From the NCBI RefSeq assembly GCF_001194135.2, contig NC_068981.1, positions 58,263,136-58,327,135 on the forward strand: 64,000 nt of DNA, given 5' to 3'. This DNA comes from Octopus bimaculoides (taxonomy: Eukaryota). The notes under the pieces were generated by a model. That model had not been told where the DNA came from, did not search any database, and was given only the letters and a program-made list of their open reading frames with translations. Positions 25,268-37,079 of the stretch are shown here, piece by piece (positions within the stretch are counted from its first letter, which is position 1; every line of letters starts with the position of its first letter). The translations under genes and the position numbers were made by a program.

Positions 25268-26517
25268 GTAAGGATTTAATTTAATAAGTAGTTAGTTGAG
25301 AATTCTTCTTTTAACGTCTTATGTTCAAATTTTTACATGTTTTTTTCTTTATGTTCCCAATGGGAATATTAAAATATAGAAAGAAAGAAATAATGCAGGT
25401 CTTTCATTGCCTGATTGAATACAACTATTTTTTTACAATTCCTTTGTATGGGAACTGCTGTTTGACAAGATAATAGTGTGAATATTTTAAAGTACTGTTC
25501 AATCATACAAGTTCAGTAATATATTAGTTGCTATTCAATTAAATCATTTTTGCAATAGCTATGAAATTACATACAATATAAATGATGTTGATGTATTTAG
25601 TCAGGAAAATGGTCTTCATTTAACAAAGTAAAAACCAAGTTCAATTACAAATGTCAGTGAAACTTTATTTTTGATAATCTTTTTCACAAACTGTTTATGT
25701 TAACTTACATGAAACTCAGTGTGCTGAGAGTGACTGAGTATTAAAGGCTAATGTGTGAAGGTGATGCAGCTGCACTGGTATGGCCATGTTGTTGTTGTTG
25801 TTTATCCTAAATCAGTCCTAATTGGGCAGGCCTACAATCAAAGGTATTCCAGTCATGACATCCCATTGCATTAACCCAAACTTCCCTCAAACCACAGCCA
25901 ATATGTAAAGTGTGGTTGATGGAGATTTGTTTGCTATTTTTTAATGGGGAGAGCAACAACATAGATCTTCTCTCAATGTACACCGAATGGAGGGAAAGGT
26001 GTTATATATTAACAGTGGAAGAAGCTATAACAGAGAAAGACTAAATAAAATATGAATGAAGCAGTAACATCAAGTGTCATCACAGCCAAAATACATGGAA
26101 TTCTAAAAGAATGCTCAAGAAGCTATTCTGTAGATTCATCTGACACATGTTAATATGAAAGAGTAGTTTTTAAACAAAACTGATGATGAATTGTGTATTA
26201 TTGTTAAAAAGATATTCATTATCTAAAGCAAAACCAACAACTTTTTTGACTTCTTTTTTCCACTGAGTCTGAAATGATGCACTTTTCACTCCACACTTCA
26301 ATGAAATTTTGCAATACTCTACAAATTCTCGTTTCTAAAAATATAAGTTTGTATCAATTTTTCAACGTTAGCAGATGTATTGAAGCAGTTAAAAAGTATA
26401 TTCATCAAGCATAGTCTTCAGTTGAATAAAATTTGATTATCAAGCTATTAACCATCATGTTTTTTGGGTTTTTTTCATTTCTCTTTAAGTAACATTTCAA
26501 TTTTTATCTTTCAAAGG

Positions 26518-26846
26518 TGTAGTAACGCCGTGCGCATGCGTAGTCTCACGCATGCGTGGAATTAAACAAGCAAGCGTTCCCGCTTTAATCTTTCTCTTTT
26601 ACGGTCGGCCGACCATGAGCACGGACGTGTCAAGAGTGTCTCTAATACTCCAACCTGGAGACAGTCTCTTTACGTGTTAAGCTGTCTCTCTACATCTTTC
26701 GGACTTACACTCGACAGCTCGCTTACAACTACAGAACAACGTCCCAACAACAGAAGCTGTAACAACAAGAACTAAAAGATGTATATATTTACCACCTGAA
26801 TAAATGTTGTTTAAGTTGATAGTCTGGAGTTCAGCGTTCCATTATA
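26518..26846 (+). mobile_element. Probable solo LTR (about 330 bp)
   Basis: Starts TGTAGTAACG and ends CGTTCCATTATA (imperfect terminal inversion). CpG-rich against an AT-rich flank, with AATAAA at 26799-26804. No TSD found. Confidence 0.6.
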
Positions 26847-27124
26847 TTCTAATTTTATAGTAGGAAAGTCAGGTATACATCTAAAGATGTATAACCCACT
26901 TTCTACTAAAAAGGCATTCAAAGTGCCATATTTCTTCAAATTCATGCAACTAGAACTATGATGAAGATGATAAGAGCTTTAAAATTTGCATTAGAAATAG
27001 GTCTCATGAAATCATTTAGGACACCAGGGAGATCAATAATTGTAGAAATAGGTACATTAGCATAATCTAGGAATGTAATAATTCAAACACAATGTTTACA
27101 CTGTACTGTAATCTGTATACACAT

Positions 27125-27163
27125 AAAAATCACAAGATATAGAGTCTATATCTTGTGATTTTT
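27125..27163. repeat. Perfect palindrome, 19-bp arms with a 1-nt spacer
   Basis: AAAAATCACAAGATATAGA-G-TCTATATCTTGTGATTTTT. Confidence 0.95.
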
Positions 27164-27331
27164 TAGTAATAAGAATTTTTGTCTATATTATAGACAAAAA
27201 GTCTTATCACTAAACCTCAGAGATCTAAACATACAACTTCCAGTTTTTATTTAGTCCCAGGTTGACCCTGAATAAATGTTCTTTTTTCAGACTACATATC
27301 CAATGTGAATGTCTGTGAGTGTGTGCATTAA

Positions 27332-27363
<32 letters not shown>

Positions 27364-27693
27364 CGCACACATGCATGCATGTGTGTATGCATACGCATGC
27401 ATGCGTGCACACACGTGTCTAGAGGTATATGGCTTAGTGGTTAGGGCATTTAGCTCAGAATCATAATGTCATTGGATTAAATTTCTAGACCAGGCTGTGT
27501 ATTTGAGTAAGGTATTTGATTCCATGTTACCCCAGTCCACTCAGTGGCAATGTTCACCAGCTGAGTGTTCATTACCACAGTTGTGACCCCCTTTCAATTC
27601 AACTGTCACATCCTGGATATTCTATCGTGAGGGAGATGAGAGGATGTCAAGCAAAAGCATGGAAAGTATTACCAAGCTGTATTCTGCTCTCTC

Positions 27694-29374
27694 ATGAGTG
27701 ACAATTGGCTATGCTCGGGAGCAATAAACACTGAAAATGTGCAGAGAACAACTTCTGCCACATTCCAGGGAGAAAAACTAGAAGTAGTTGATAGCTTCCA
27801 TTACCTAGATGACCAAGTCAGTAGTCGGGGAGGGTGCGCTGAAAGTGTAACTACTAGAATAAGAATAGCCTGGGCAAAGTTCAGAGAGCTCTTACCTCTG
27901 CTGGTGACAAAGGGCCTCTCACTCAGAGTAAAAGGCAGACTGTATGACGCATGTGTACGAACAGCCATGCTACATGGCAGTGAAATATGGGCCATGACTG
28001 CTGAGGACATGCGTAAGCTCAAAAGGAATGAAGCCAGTATGCTCCGATGAATGTGTAATGTCAGTGTGCATACTTGACAGAGTGTAAGTATCTTGAGAGA
28101 AAAGTTGAACCTAAGAAGCATCAGTTGTGGTGTGCAAGAGAGATGATTGCGCTGGTATGGTCACGTGGCAAGAATGGAAGAGGATAGCTGTGTANNNNNN
28201 NNNNNNNNNNNNNNNNNNNNNNNNNNNNNNNNNNNNNNNNNNNNNNNNNNNNNNNNNNNNNNNNNNNNNNNNNNNNNNNNNNNNNNNNNNNNNNNNNNNN
28301 NNNNNNNNNNNNNNNNNNNNNNNNNNNNNNNNNNNNNNNNNNNNNNNNNNNNNNNNNNNNNNNNNNNNNNNNNNNNNNNNNNNNNNNNNNNNNNNNNNNN
28401 NNNNNNNNNNNNNNNNNNNNNNNNNNNNNNNNNNNNNNNNNNNNNNNNNNNNNNNNNNNNNNNNNNNNNNNNNNNNNNNNNNNNNNNNNNNNNNNNNNNN
28501 NNNNNNNNNNNNNNNNNNNNNNNNNNNNNNNNNNNNNNNNNNNNNNNNNNNNNNNNNNNNNNNNNNNNNNNNNNNNNNNNNNNNNNNNNNNNNNNNNNNN
28601 NNNNNNNNNNNNNNNNNNNNNNNNNNNNNNNNNNNNNNNNNNNNNNNNNNNNNNNNNNNNNNNNNNNNNNNNNNNNNNNNNNNNNNNNNNNNNNNNNNNN
28701 NNNNNNNNNNNNNNNNNNNNNNNNNNNNNNNNNNNNNNNNNNNNNNNNNNNNNNNNNNNNNNNNNNNNNNNNNNNNNNNNNNNNNNNNNNNNNNNNNNNN
28801 NNNNNNNNNNNNNNNNNNNNNNNNNNNNNNNNNNNNNNNNNNNNNNNNNNNNNNNNNNNNNNNNNNNNNNNNNNNNNNNNNNNNNNNNNNNNNNNNNNNN
28901 NNNNNNNNNNNNNNNNNNNNNNNNNNNNNNNNNNNNNNNNNNNNNNNNNNNNNNNNNNNNNNNNNNNNNNNNNNNNNNNNNNNNNNNNNNNNNNNNNNNN
29001 NNNNNNNNNNNNNNNNNNNNNNNNNNNNNNNNNNNNNNNNNNNNNNNNNNNNNNNNNNNNNNNNNNNNNNNNNGCCGGTGGCACGTGAAAAGTCATTCGA
29101 GCGATATCGTTGCCAGTGCCGCTGGACTGGCTCCTGTGCAGGTGGCACGTAAAATACCCCATTTGAGCATGGTCATTGCCAGTACTGCCTGACTGGCCTT
29201 TGTGCCGTTCGCACGTAAAAGCACCTACTACACTCTCTGAGTGGTTGGCGTTAGGAAGGGCATCCAGCTGTAGAAACTCTGCCAAATCAGATTGGAGCCT
29301 GGTGTAGCCATCTGGTTCACCAGTCCTCAGTCAAATCGTCCAACCCATGCTAGCATGGAAAGTGGAGGTTAAAC

Positions 29375-29420
<46 letters not shown>
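27694..29420 (+). mobile_element. 5'-truncated RTE LINE with 3'UTR and (GAT)n tail, spanning an assembly gap
   Basis: ORF GEKLEVVDSFHYLDDQVSSRGGCAESVTTRIRIAWAKFRELLPLL...ACVRTAMLHGSE. Tail GTTAAACGATGATGAT at 29370. Confidence 0.95.
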
Positions 29421-29421
<1 letters not shown>

Positions 29422-29599
29422 CACAAAAGTTATCCCATCAAGGTAGACTTACAAAGTAATAAAAACAGTTCTTGTTCTTCCACAGACTAACAAAGCAAAT
29501 GAAATACAAAATGTGATATCCTTATGAAATTTCTTCACCAAGTATGTCCAGTATTTCACTACAAGAGATTTCTCTGAGACTTTAGCTTCAAATTTTGGC

Positions 29600-29790
29600 A
29601 CAAGGCTAGAAATTTCAGGACAGGGACTAAGCTGATCACATCGATCCCAGTGTTAAACTGATACTTATTTTATCAACCCCAAAAGGATGAAAGGTAAAGT
29701 TGACCTCGGTAGAAATTGAACTCAAAACATAAAGACAGACGAAATTCCACTAAGCATTTTGCCAGGCATGCTAATGATTCTGCCAGCTCA
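29600..29790 (-). mobile_element. SINE family B
   Basis: Reverse complement of the 2213-2435 element (GATGAAAGGTAAAGTTGACCTCGG..AATTGAACTCA..GCATGCTAA..TTCTGCCAGCTC). Confidence 0.8.
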
Positions 29791-30157
29791 ATACCTTTTT
29801 TGAGACTTTAAACATTACCATGTAAATGTAATCCTTTTAGTTGATAATATTAAATTGACATTACAATTCCTGTCATAATAACATGAGGCTAGATTCTGGT
29901 GAAGAAATCTAGGTTGTCTGAAATTCCATCAGATTCTTCTGTTGAAATTGCTGAATTAACATAACAGTTCATTATCACTAGAGATTAACCTCTAATCCTA
30001 GCTTCATTTTAAATGGATGATGTAACTTTCCCTACATACAAATGGATTTATATAGTTTTCTGATCAAAAGGACAATTCTCCTCAGTATTTAAAACAACAG
30101 AATTGCACAAAATGCCATGTTTAATGACTGTGAAATATTGATTTCATCCTTTCATAG

Positions 30158-30187
30158 TCATAAAGAGTTTTCTGTAAAAGAGAGGAG
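30158..30187 (+). CDS. Candidate 30-nt exon (HKEFSVKER, phase 2-2)
   Basis: TTTCATCCTTTCATAG acceptor and GAG|GTATCC donor. The phase fits the next exon. Confidence 0.4.
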
Positions 30188-30479
30188 GTATCCAGTATAT
30201 TCTTGGATCTTACTTCATTGACCTTTCATCCTAAGGAGAAAGGAGTGTTCTACCTAGACTAGATGAGCTTTTGTGTCATTAATGTTTAATTTGAATTGTT
30301 ATAAATTGCCAATTGAAAAGTGAACATGAGCATAGAATGAATACCAGAGGGAAGAAGCCCCTAGGACCAGAGGGAAGAAGCCCCTAGGAGCAATGACTCA
30401 GCAAAGATAGTGCTGTAGAAGCAGTAGATATTGTAAGAAAGAGATGGAGAATAGAATAAATGAGCAAGACTAGATGCCA

Positions 30480-30483
<4 letters not shown>

Positions 30484-30572
<89 letters not shown>
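30484..30572. repeat. (CT)n microsatellite
   Basis: Long, pure CT dinucleotide run. Confidence 0.99.
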
Positions 30573-30575
<3 letters not shown>

Positions 30576-31101
30576 ACTTGTACATTTTGGTTTCAAATAC
30601 TTTTATCCACTATGCCACTGATGCTTATACTATCATTGGTTTAGAAATAAAGATTCAAGTTCTAATCCAGCCAAATAGCTTGTACATATCAAGAAGTCAA
30701 GGAGTAAGACATCTGATGATAATGAGTGATAAAAAACAAACAAAATATAGAGCAATTATGAATATTAAAAAAATGTTTCATTTCCCAAGATAGAGTTAAC
30801 AATCTGTAAAATCATAAATGTATTAACACAAACTAATCTTAGAATTTAAACATTTTAAATATTTTAAATAGTTACAACACTAGACATATTACCAAGCTTA
30901 ATGCTGTTTATTATTAGAATCAACAAAATTATATAATACTGAATTCTATTTTAATTGTTCATTAGTAGTGACATTTTTGTAATATCTTTATATTAGTTAT
31001 ATGTCTTTAAAAGGAACAGTTAATCTTTACCAACATTTGTTACATTTTAATTGATTTTTTTTTTATTTTCTTTTTCTTTATTATTGTCATTATTTGTTTA
31101 G

Positions 31102-31173
31102 TCTGAAGGAAGAAGCTCTACCTAACCCTCGCAAACCTTCTGAAATGAGTAAAACAGATGTGGTTAATGAAAT
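31102..31173 (+). CDS. Exon of the putative RhoGEF (DH-like) gene: LKEEALPNPRKPSEMSKTDVVNE(I), phase 2-2
   Basis: Long polypyrimidine tract and TTTAG acceptor. Only one of three frames is open. AT|GTAAAG donor. Confidence 0.7.
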
Positions 31174-31723
31174 GTAAAGATATTCCAAATATTGTGTCAT
31201 CCCATAAATAATGTGCTTTTTTTAATACATAAGTCCTAGGATGAAAATCTCATGGTAAAATTTGCCAATGAGAGAGCATTTATGTAGTCATTTGGCCTGC
31301 AAGAAATAAGAGCTAAATTCTTTCATATCTTATTTTAATGTCTTGGAAGTCCTAGCTATACAGAAAAGATAGAATACTCAGTGCTAAAACGCCTTTCATA
31401 ATAGGTCTGCTTGATCAATGTTGACCTGGGATAACTACAGATTGGTAAACACAGAATAGGAAGGTTGAAAGGTATTTGATAGAGAGTGATCCAGTTTGAT
31501 GTTCAGGAAGGTCAGGACTTGGATAATGTTAGTTAAGATGGAGTGCTACAAGAATCTAATATTTATGTGCAAGATTTTTTTGTGGAGTTGAAAAATAAAA
31601 CAAAAATGGGTTACTATAAGTGGGGTTATACACAATATGGATGATTTGAGGAGAGATGAATGAGTTATGTAGATTTGATGGATATGACACAAGACTAGAC
31701 AACTCTAACAAGGAGAGGTTAAT

Positions 31724-31775
<52 letters not shown>

Positions 31776-31879
31776 GGGAGGGGAGGGGAGGAGGAAGGAG
31801 GAGAAGACCAGGAGGAGGGGAAGAGGAGAAGGAGGAAAAGGAGAGTAAGTATATATTTCTGGCACACTAACCTTTCATC

Positions 31880-32370
31880 ATCTGATACTGGATAACCGAC
31901 TTCATTGCCTCCTCTGTTATAGTAAGACACCTGTTTCTGCCTCTCTGTCTCTTTGTCACCCTCTAATCTTTCATCCTCTGACATGAGTTCCCCTCCTCAA
32001 ATGCCCTTGCTCCTCTCATAATTACTTGTCTTGTGAGTTACTTGGTGACCCTGCCAGTGAGTTACTTGGTGACCCTGCCACATAAAAAGCATCCAGATCA
32101 ACACTGTAAAGTGGTTAGCATTTGGAAGGGCATCTGGCTGTAAAATTCATGCCAAAACTAACCTCACCTGAGCTAGTGCCACGTAAAAAGCACTAAATCT
32201 ACTCTGCAGAGTGGTTGGTGTTAGGAAGGGTATCCAACTGTAAAAACCCTGCCAAAACAGAACAGCATAGGGTAGTTTTTCTACCTGACCAGAACCTGTG
32301 AACCATCCTACCTATGCATGCATGGAAGATGGATGTTAAACAATGATGGTGATGATGATGATGAGGAAGA
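31880..32370 (+). mobile_element. Non-autonomous element with a pyrimidine-rich head, duplicated RTE 3'UTR motif and (GAT)n tail
   Basis: The GTGGTT(A/G)G(C/T)(A/G)TT(T/A)GGAAGGG(C/T)ATC motif occurs twice. Internal 24-bp tandem duplication at about 32033-32080. Tail GTTAAACAATGATGGTGATGAT. Confidence 0.7.
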
Positions 32371-33114
32371 TGATGATCCTCTTAAAGTTTCCAAGTGAGT
32401 TTTGAACTTCTTAATAAATAATGTGGTCATCAGTCGATAAACCATTGTTAATATCTTTTAAATATAAAGCAACAGAGAAAGAAATTTAGCATAGATATAT
32501 GACCTTCTAATCACATCAACAGCAGTTTATATTGGATTTTCCATGCTGGCATGAGTTGGATGGTTTTTCCGAGGGAGTGTTTTATGGTCAAATGTTCTTC
32601 CTATCGTCAGCCCTTTTAGTTGCCTTATATGACATGCAGAGACCAGTGTATTATTCTAATACTGGGACATACACACTGAATATTACCTGTAAATATTACC
32701 ATAAATATAACTCAATAATAATTATATCAAAATTAATTAAAACAAAGATAGTGTATACCAATAGAAATAGGGCAACAAAAGAGCTAAGCAGGGATTACAA
32801 ATATATTACAAATAAACAGGGAGCAGCTACCACTAATCCTTGTCTAGCAATCAAATCTAATCTAGACTAATATTCCAGTTATCAGAAAAAATTGAATCTA
32901 ATGTTTTAAATTTATGTTTTCACTCTCAATTATTCAATCAGTTACCTTTGTCTCATAGATATTTTCAGGAAGTTGATTACAGGTGCTCAATAAAAACAAT
33001 GAGCACAGGGCAAATATAATTATTTAAAGATCAGCAATCAAAATATTCATGAGGAATTCTGGAAAATTTGCAACATTTTCTGGCTCTGTGACAAACTGCA
33101 ACCAATAATATAAT

Positions 33115-33145
<31 letters not shown>

Positions 33146-33188
33146 GCAATGTTAATTCTCTAAATGAAGTATTAACAGTAACTGCACG

Positions 33189-33639
33189 ATAAAGTGTAGT
33201 ATATTGCCACTTAAGTGTGGCTGACCCCTAGGGGTGGATGTTACTGTTGCTTTTAGCCCCAGGAGGACATCTCCTCCAGCTGGCTTATTGACACACGACT
33301 GTGTCCTGTTTGCCAAGGGTAGTTATCCCTCTCACCAACATCTGCAGCACGAACGGATCCGNNNNNNNNNNNNNNNNNNNNNNNNNNNNNNNNNNNNNNN
33401 NNNNNNNNNNNNNNNNNNNNNNNNNNNNNNNNNNNNNNNNNNNNNNNNNNNNNNNNNNNNNNNNNNNNNNNNNNNNNNGATCCGTTCGTGCTGCAGATGT
33501 TGGTGAGAGGGATAACTACCCTTGGCAAACAGGACACAGTCGTGTGTCGATAAGCCAGCTGGAGATGTCCTCCTGGGGCTAAAAGCAACAGTAACATCCA
33601 CCCCTAGGGGTCAGCCACACTTAAGTGGCAATATACTAC

Positions 33640-33646
<7 letters not shown>
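33189..33646. mobile_element. Long inverted repeat (foldback/MITE-like), arms about 170 bp, centre in an N gap
   Basis: 33189-33361 is the reverse complement of 33479-33646 apart from a 3-bp indel and one substitution. It sits in (TA)n-rich flanks. Confidence 0.85.
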
Positions 33647-33685
<39 letters not shown>

Positions 33686-34179
33686 CATATATATGTATGT
33701 ATGTATGTATGTATGCATGTATGTATGTATGTATGTATGCATGTATGTATACATGCATGCAAGCATGCATACATATGTATGTATGTATATTCTCTTTTTT
33801 TATAGATATTTGCATCCCTCTAGGAAGACAAAGAGAAATTAATGTTTCCCAAGGATTTGTCTACTAATGCCTTGATGACTATATTTCTACAAGTACTACT
33901 GCTGCTGTTACTATTACTTCTGCTGCAGCTACATGAAGTTACATTGTGCAGTTTAAATGCTTCTGTTGTGGCACACTTATAATGTTTCTTTCCCTTTCTT
34001 TAATAAATAAAGTGAGATATTTTCTTTTTTAAAACTCACTATCTTAAAAAAATGAATGTGAGAAAATCAATTTTAAGCTTCTACAGAAATCCATTGAAAA
34101 TTACATTTTTTTTTTTCTGTATAAAAAAATTTCTATTGAAAAAATTTCAAAGAATCTATTGTCATTTTCACTTGTTCAG

Positions 34180-34218
34180 ATTACAAACAGAAAGAGAAAA
34201 TGTGAAAAGTATAAAAAT
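34180..34218 (+). CDS. 39-nt exon LQTERENVKSIK, phase 2-2; joined to the previous exon it gives VVNEILQTERE, like DH-domain helix 1
   Basis: TTTTCACTTGTTCAG acceptor and AT|GTAAGG donor. The phase matches exon 31102-31173. Confidence 0.65.
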
Positions 34219-34525
34219 GTAAGGATGTGTTAAAGTGCAAAGCTGTATGTTATTTTCTGTCTAGACTTCAATGATTAAGGCTCTTTTCAGAACAATATGA
34301 CTAATTTGGGAATAGTGTTGGTGCAATGAATCATTGAGAACTGTTGCTTCAGAGAGCAATTGAATATGTGATGTTTTCACCTATACATAGAATTAATTTA
34401 CTTATGTATATGTACACATTTACATATAAACAAAATATAGATACATACACACAGAAATATGTATGTAAATAATATATATTTACACATACATATATACATA
34501 CCTATATACATGCAATATATATGTA

Positions 34526-35750
34526 CATCATCATCATCATCGTTTAACGTCCACTTTCCATGCTGGCATGAGTTGAACTGTTTGACTGAGGGCTGGCTAG
34601 ATAGAAGGCTGCACCAGTCTCCAATCTGATCCGGCAAAGTTTCTACAGCTGGATACCCTTCCTAACGCCAACCACTCTGAGAATGTAGTGGGTCCTTTTA
34701 CATGCCACCAGCATGAGGGCCAGTCAGGCAGTACTGGCATTGGCCACGCTCAAATGGTGCTTTTTACGTATCCCCTGCAGAGAAGCCAGTCCAGCAGCAC
34801 TAACAATGTGCAATTGCAATGTGCCAATAAGGCGGTACTGTCATCGGCCACATTTGCGTTTTCACTTGCCTCAACAGCATAGTTTATTGTACAATGATTG
34901 AAGGGTACTCTTAAATGGACTGGTTATACAGCACTGGCATAGGCCACAGTTATGGTCTCAGTTGGCTTGACAGGTCTTCTCAAGCAAAGCATATATCCAA
35001 AGGTCTTGGTCACTTGTCATTGCCTCGATGAGGCCCAATGTTCGGAGGTCATGCTTCACCATCTCATCCCAGGTCTTCCTGGGTCTACCTCTTCCGCAGG
35101 TTCCTTCAACTCCTAGGGTGTGACACTTTTTCACACGGCTGACCTCATCCACTCACAACACATGACCATACCAGCGCAGTTGTGTCTCTTGCACACCACA
35201 TCTGGTGCTTCTTAGGTCCAACTTTTCTCTCAGGGCACTTACACTCTGTCGAATATGCACACTGACATTACACATCCAGCGGAACATACTGGCTTCATTC
35301 TTTGCAAGCTTACACATGTCCTCAGCAGTCACGGCCCATGTTTCACTGCCATGTAGCATAGCTGTTCGCACACATGTGTCATACAGTCTGCCTTTTATTC
35401 TGAGCGAGAGGCCCTTTGTCACCAGCAGAGGTAGGAGCTCTCTGAACTTTGCCCAGACTATCATTACTCTAGCAGCTACGCTTTCAGAGCATCCACCCCT
35501 GCTACTGACTTGGTCACCTGGGTAATGGAAGCTATCAACTAGAATGTGACAGAAGCTGTTCTCTGCATGTTTTCAGTGTTTATTGCTCCTGAGCATTTGC
35601 CACACACACAAACTATCTTCCCAGTTAGCCCTCCTTTGATATTACCGCATTTCTTATGTGTCCATAGTTTACACTGGGTACATCTTATGGAGTTTCTACC
35701 AACACCTTTTCTACAGATTGAGCATCTGTCTTTACATTCTGAATTTAAAT
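34526..35750 (-). mobile_element. 5'-truncated RTE LINE with 3'UTR and (CAT)n tail
   Basis: Minus ORFs WAKFRELLPLLVTKGLSLRIKGRLYDTCVRTAMLHGSETW and KKCHTLGVEGTCGRGRPRKTWDEMVKHDL. Confidence 0.95.
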
Positions 35751-36077
35751 TCTGCTGAAGTTGACTTTGCCTTTCATCCTTTTAGGGTCAATAAATTAAG
35801 TACCAGTTGCATACTGGGGTCAATCTAATCAACTGGCCTCCTCTCCCAAAAACTGTTAGGCCTTGTGCCTAGAGTAGAAAAGAATATATNNNNNNNNNNN
35901 NNNNNNNNNNNNNNNNNNNNNNNNNNNNNNNNNNNNNNNNNNNNNNNNNNNNNNNNNNNNNNNNNNNNNNNNNNNNNNCTCCATACTATTTATTTAAAGT
36001 GCATTTTTATGATTTTTCACATTATGTTCTCAACTGTGCAACTAACTGTTCATAAAACGCTGTTTAATATCTAACAG

Positions 36078-36166
36078 TACAATTCAACTACATTCACAAT
36101 CTTGTTGAAAGCATGTTTATCATTGATCAATATCAAATGGAAATACATTCACACAAATTAAAGGAT
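36078..36166 (+). CDS. Exon QFNYIHNLVESMFIIDQYQMEIHSHKLKD (phase 1-0)
   Basis: ATCTAACAG acceptor, a single open frame and a consensus GAT|GTAAGT donor. The 5' phase does not match exon 34180 unless an alternative donor or acceptor is used. Confidence 0.65.
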
Positions 36167-36662
36167 GTAAGTTCTTTTAACATTATTTCATACTTATGAT
36201 TAATAAAAATGCCTAAGTGGCAAGGAAAATATTTGACTAAAGTACCTCAGTATATTGATGGTGTTTATTTTATCAAACCTTAGAAATACAAGACATAGTT
36301 GATGTTTGTAGAATTAGAAGAATATATGAAACTAAAGAGAGAAAACCAGTTATCTTCATGTGCTACACAATCCTACTACATTCTCTGGTCCTTTCTCCTT
36401 GACTTTCTTATGAACATAAGTAATTAGGATCAAAAGGATTAAAAATCTCAGAGTAATTTCATATCTCATTTACTCTGTTACACTTACACGGGGACACTGT
36501 CTGTCTTCAAAGCTTTTAGTTGATTATATTGATCTCAATATGTTTATTAAATGATTTAGTTTCCTTTTTGACATGTCAGGGATACAATTTGATGCACTGC
36601 TACACACAAATGCACACACATATGTACATACTTTTACATATATATATCTATATGTGTGCGCA

Positions 36663-36715
<53 letters not shown>

Positions 36716-37050
36716 GGAAGATGCATGGCTCAGTGGTTAGTGCATCGGGCTCACAATCATTAGGTAGTGAGTTCAATTCCCAGACCAGGCTGTGTATTGT
36801 GTTCTTGAGCAAGACACTTTATTTTACATTGCTCTAGTTCTCAGCTGTAGAAATGAGTTAGAATGTCACTGGTGCCAAGCTGTATTGGCCTTTGCCTTTC
36901 CTTTGGATAACATCAGTGGCATAGAGAGGGGAGGCTTATATGCATGGGTCTTATATGCTGGTCTTCCATAAACAACTCTGCCTGGATTTGTGCCTCAAAG
37001 GGGAACTTTCTAGATGCAATCCCATGGTCATTCATGATCAAAGGAGATCT
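36716..37050 (+). mobile_element. tRNA-derived SINE family C, near full length
   Basis: A box TGGCTCAGTGG (36726-36736) and B box GAGTTCAATTCC (36769-36780), followed by a long non-tRNA body. Confidence 0.85.
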
Positions 37051-37079
37051 TTACTCTTTATATATACATGTACAAATAA

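Noticed and set aside
27335-27420. Quasi-palindromic GT/CA/GCAT runs (also 23820-23855, 18520-18580)
   Set aside because: Self-complementarity is expected from alternating purine-pyrimidine microsatellites.
28111-29285. Long ORFs of 313-374 aa in the track (also 45993-47012, 33234-33601)
   Set aside because: They run through N gaps; the flanking residues are RTE or repeat sequence.
30354-30398. 22-bp tandem duplication CCAGAGGGAAGAAGCCCCTAGG
   Set aside because: A simple local slippage duplication with no further structure.
36716-36790. tRNA-like A and B boxes
   Set aside because: They continue into a repeated SINE body with no complete cloverleaf or Pol III T-run, so this is a SINE head rather than a tRNA gene.
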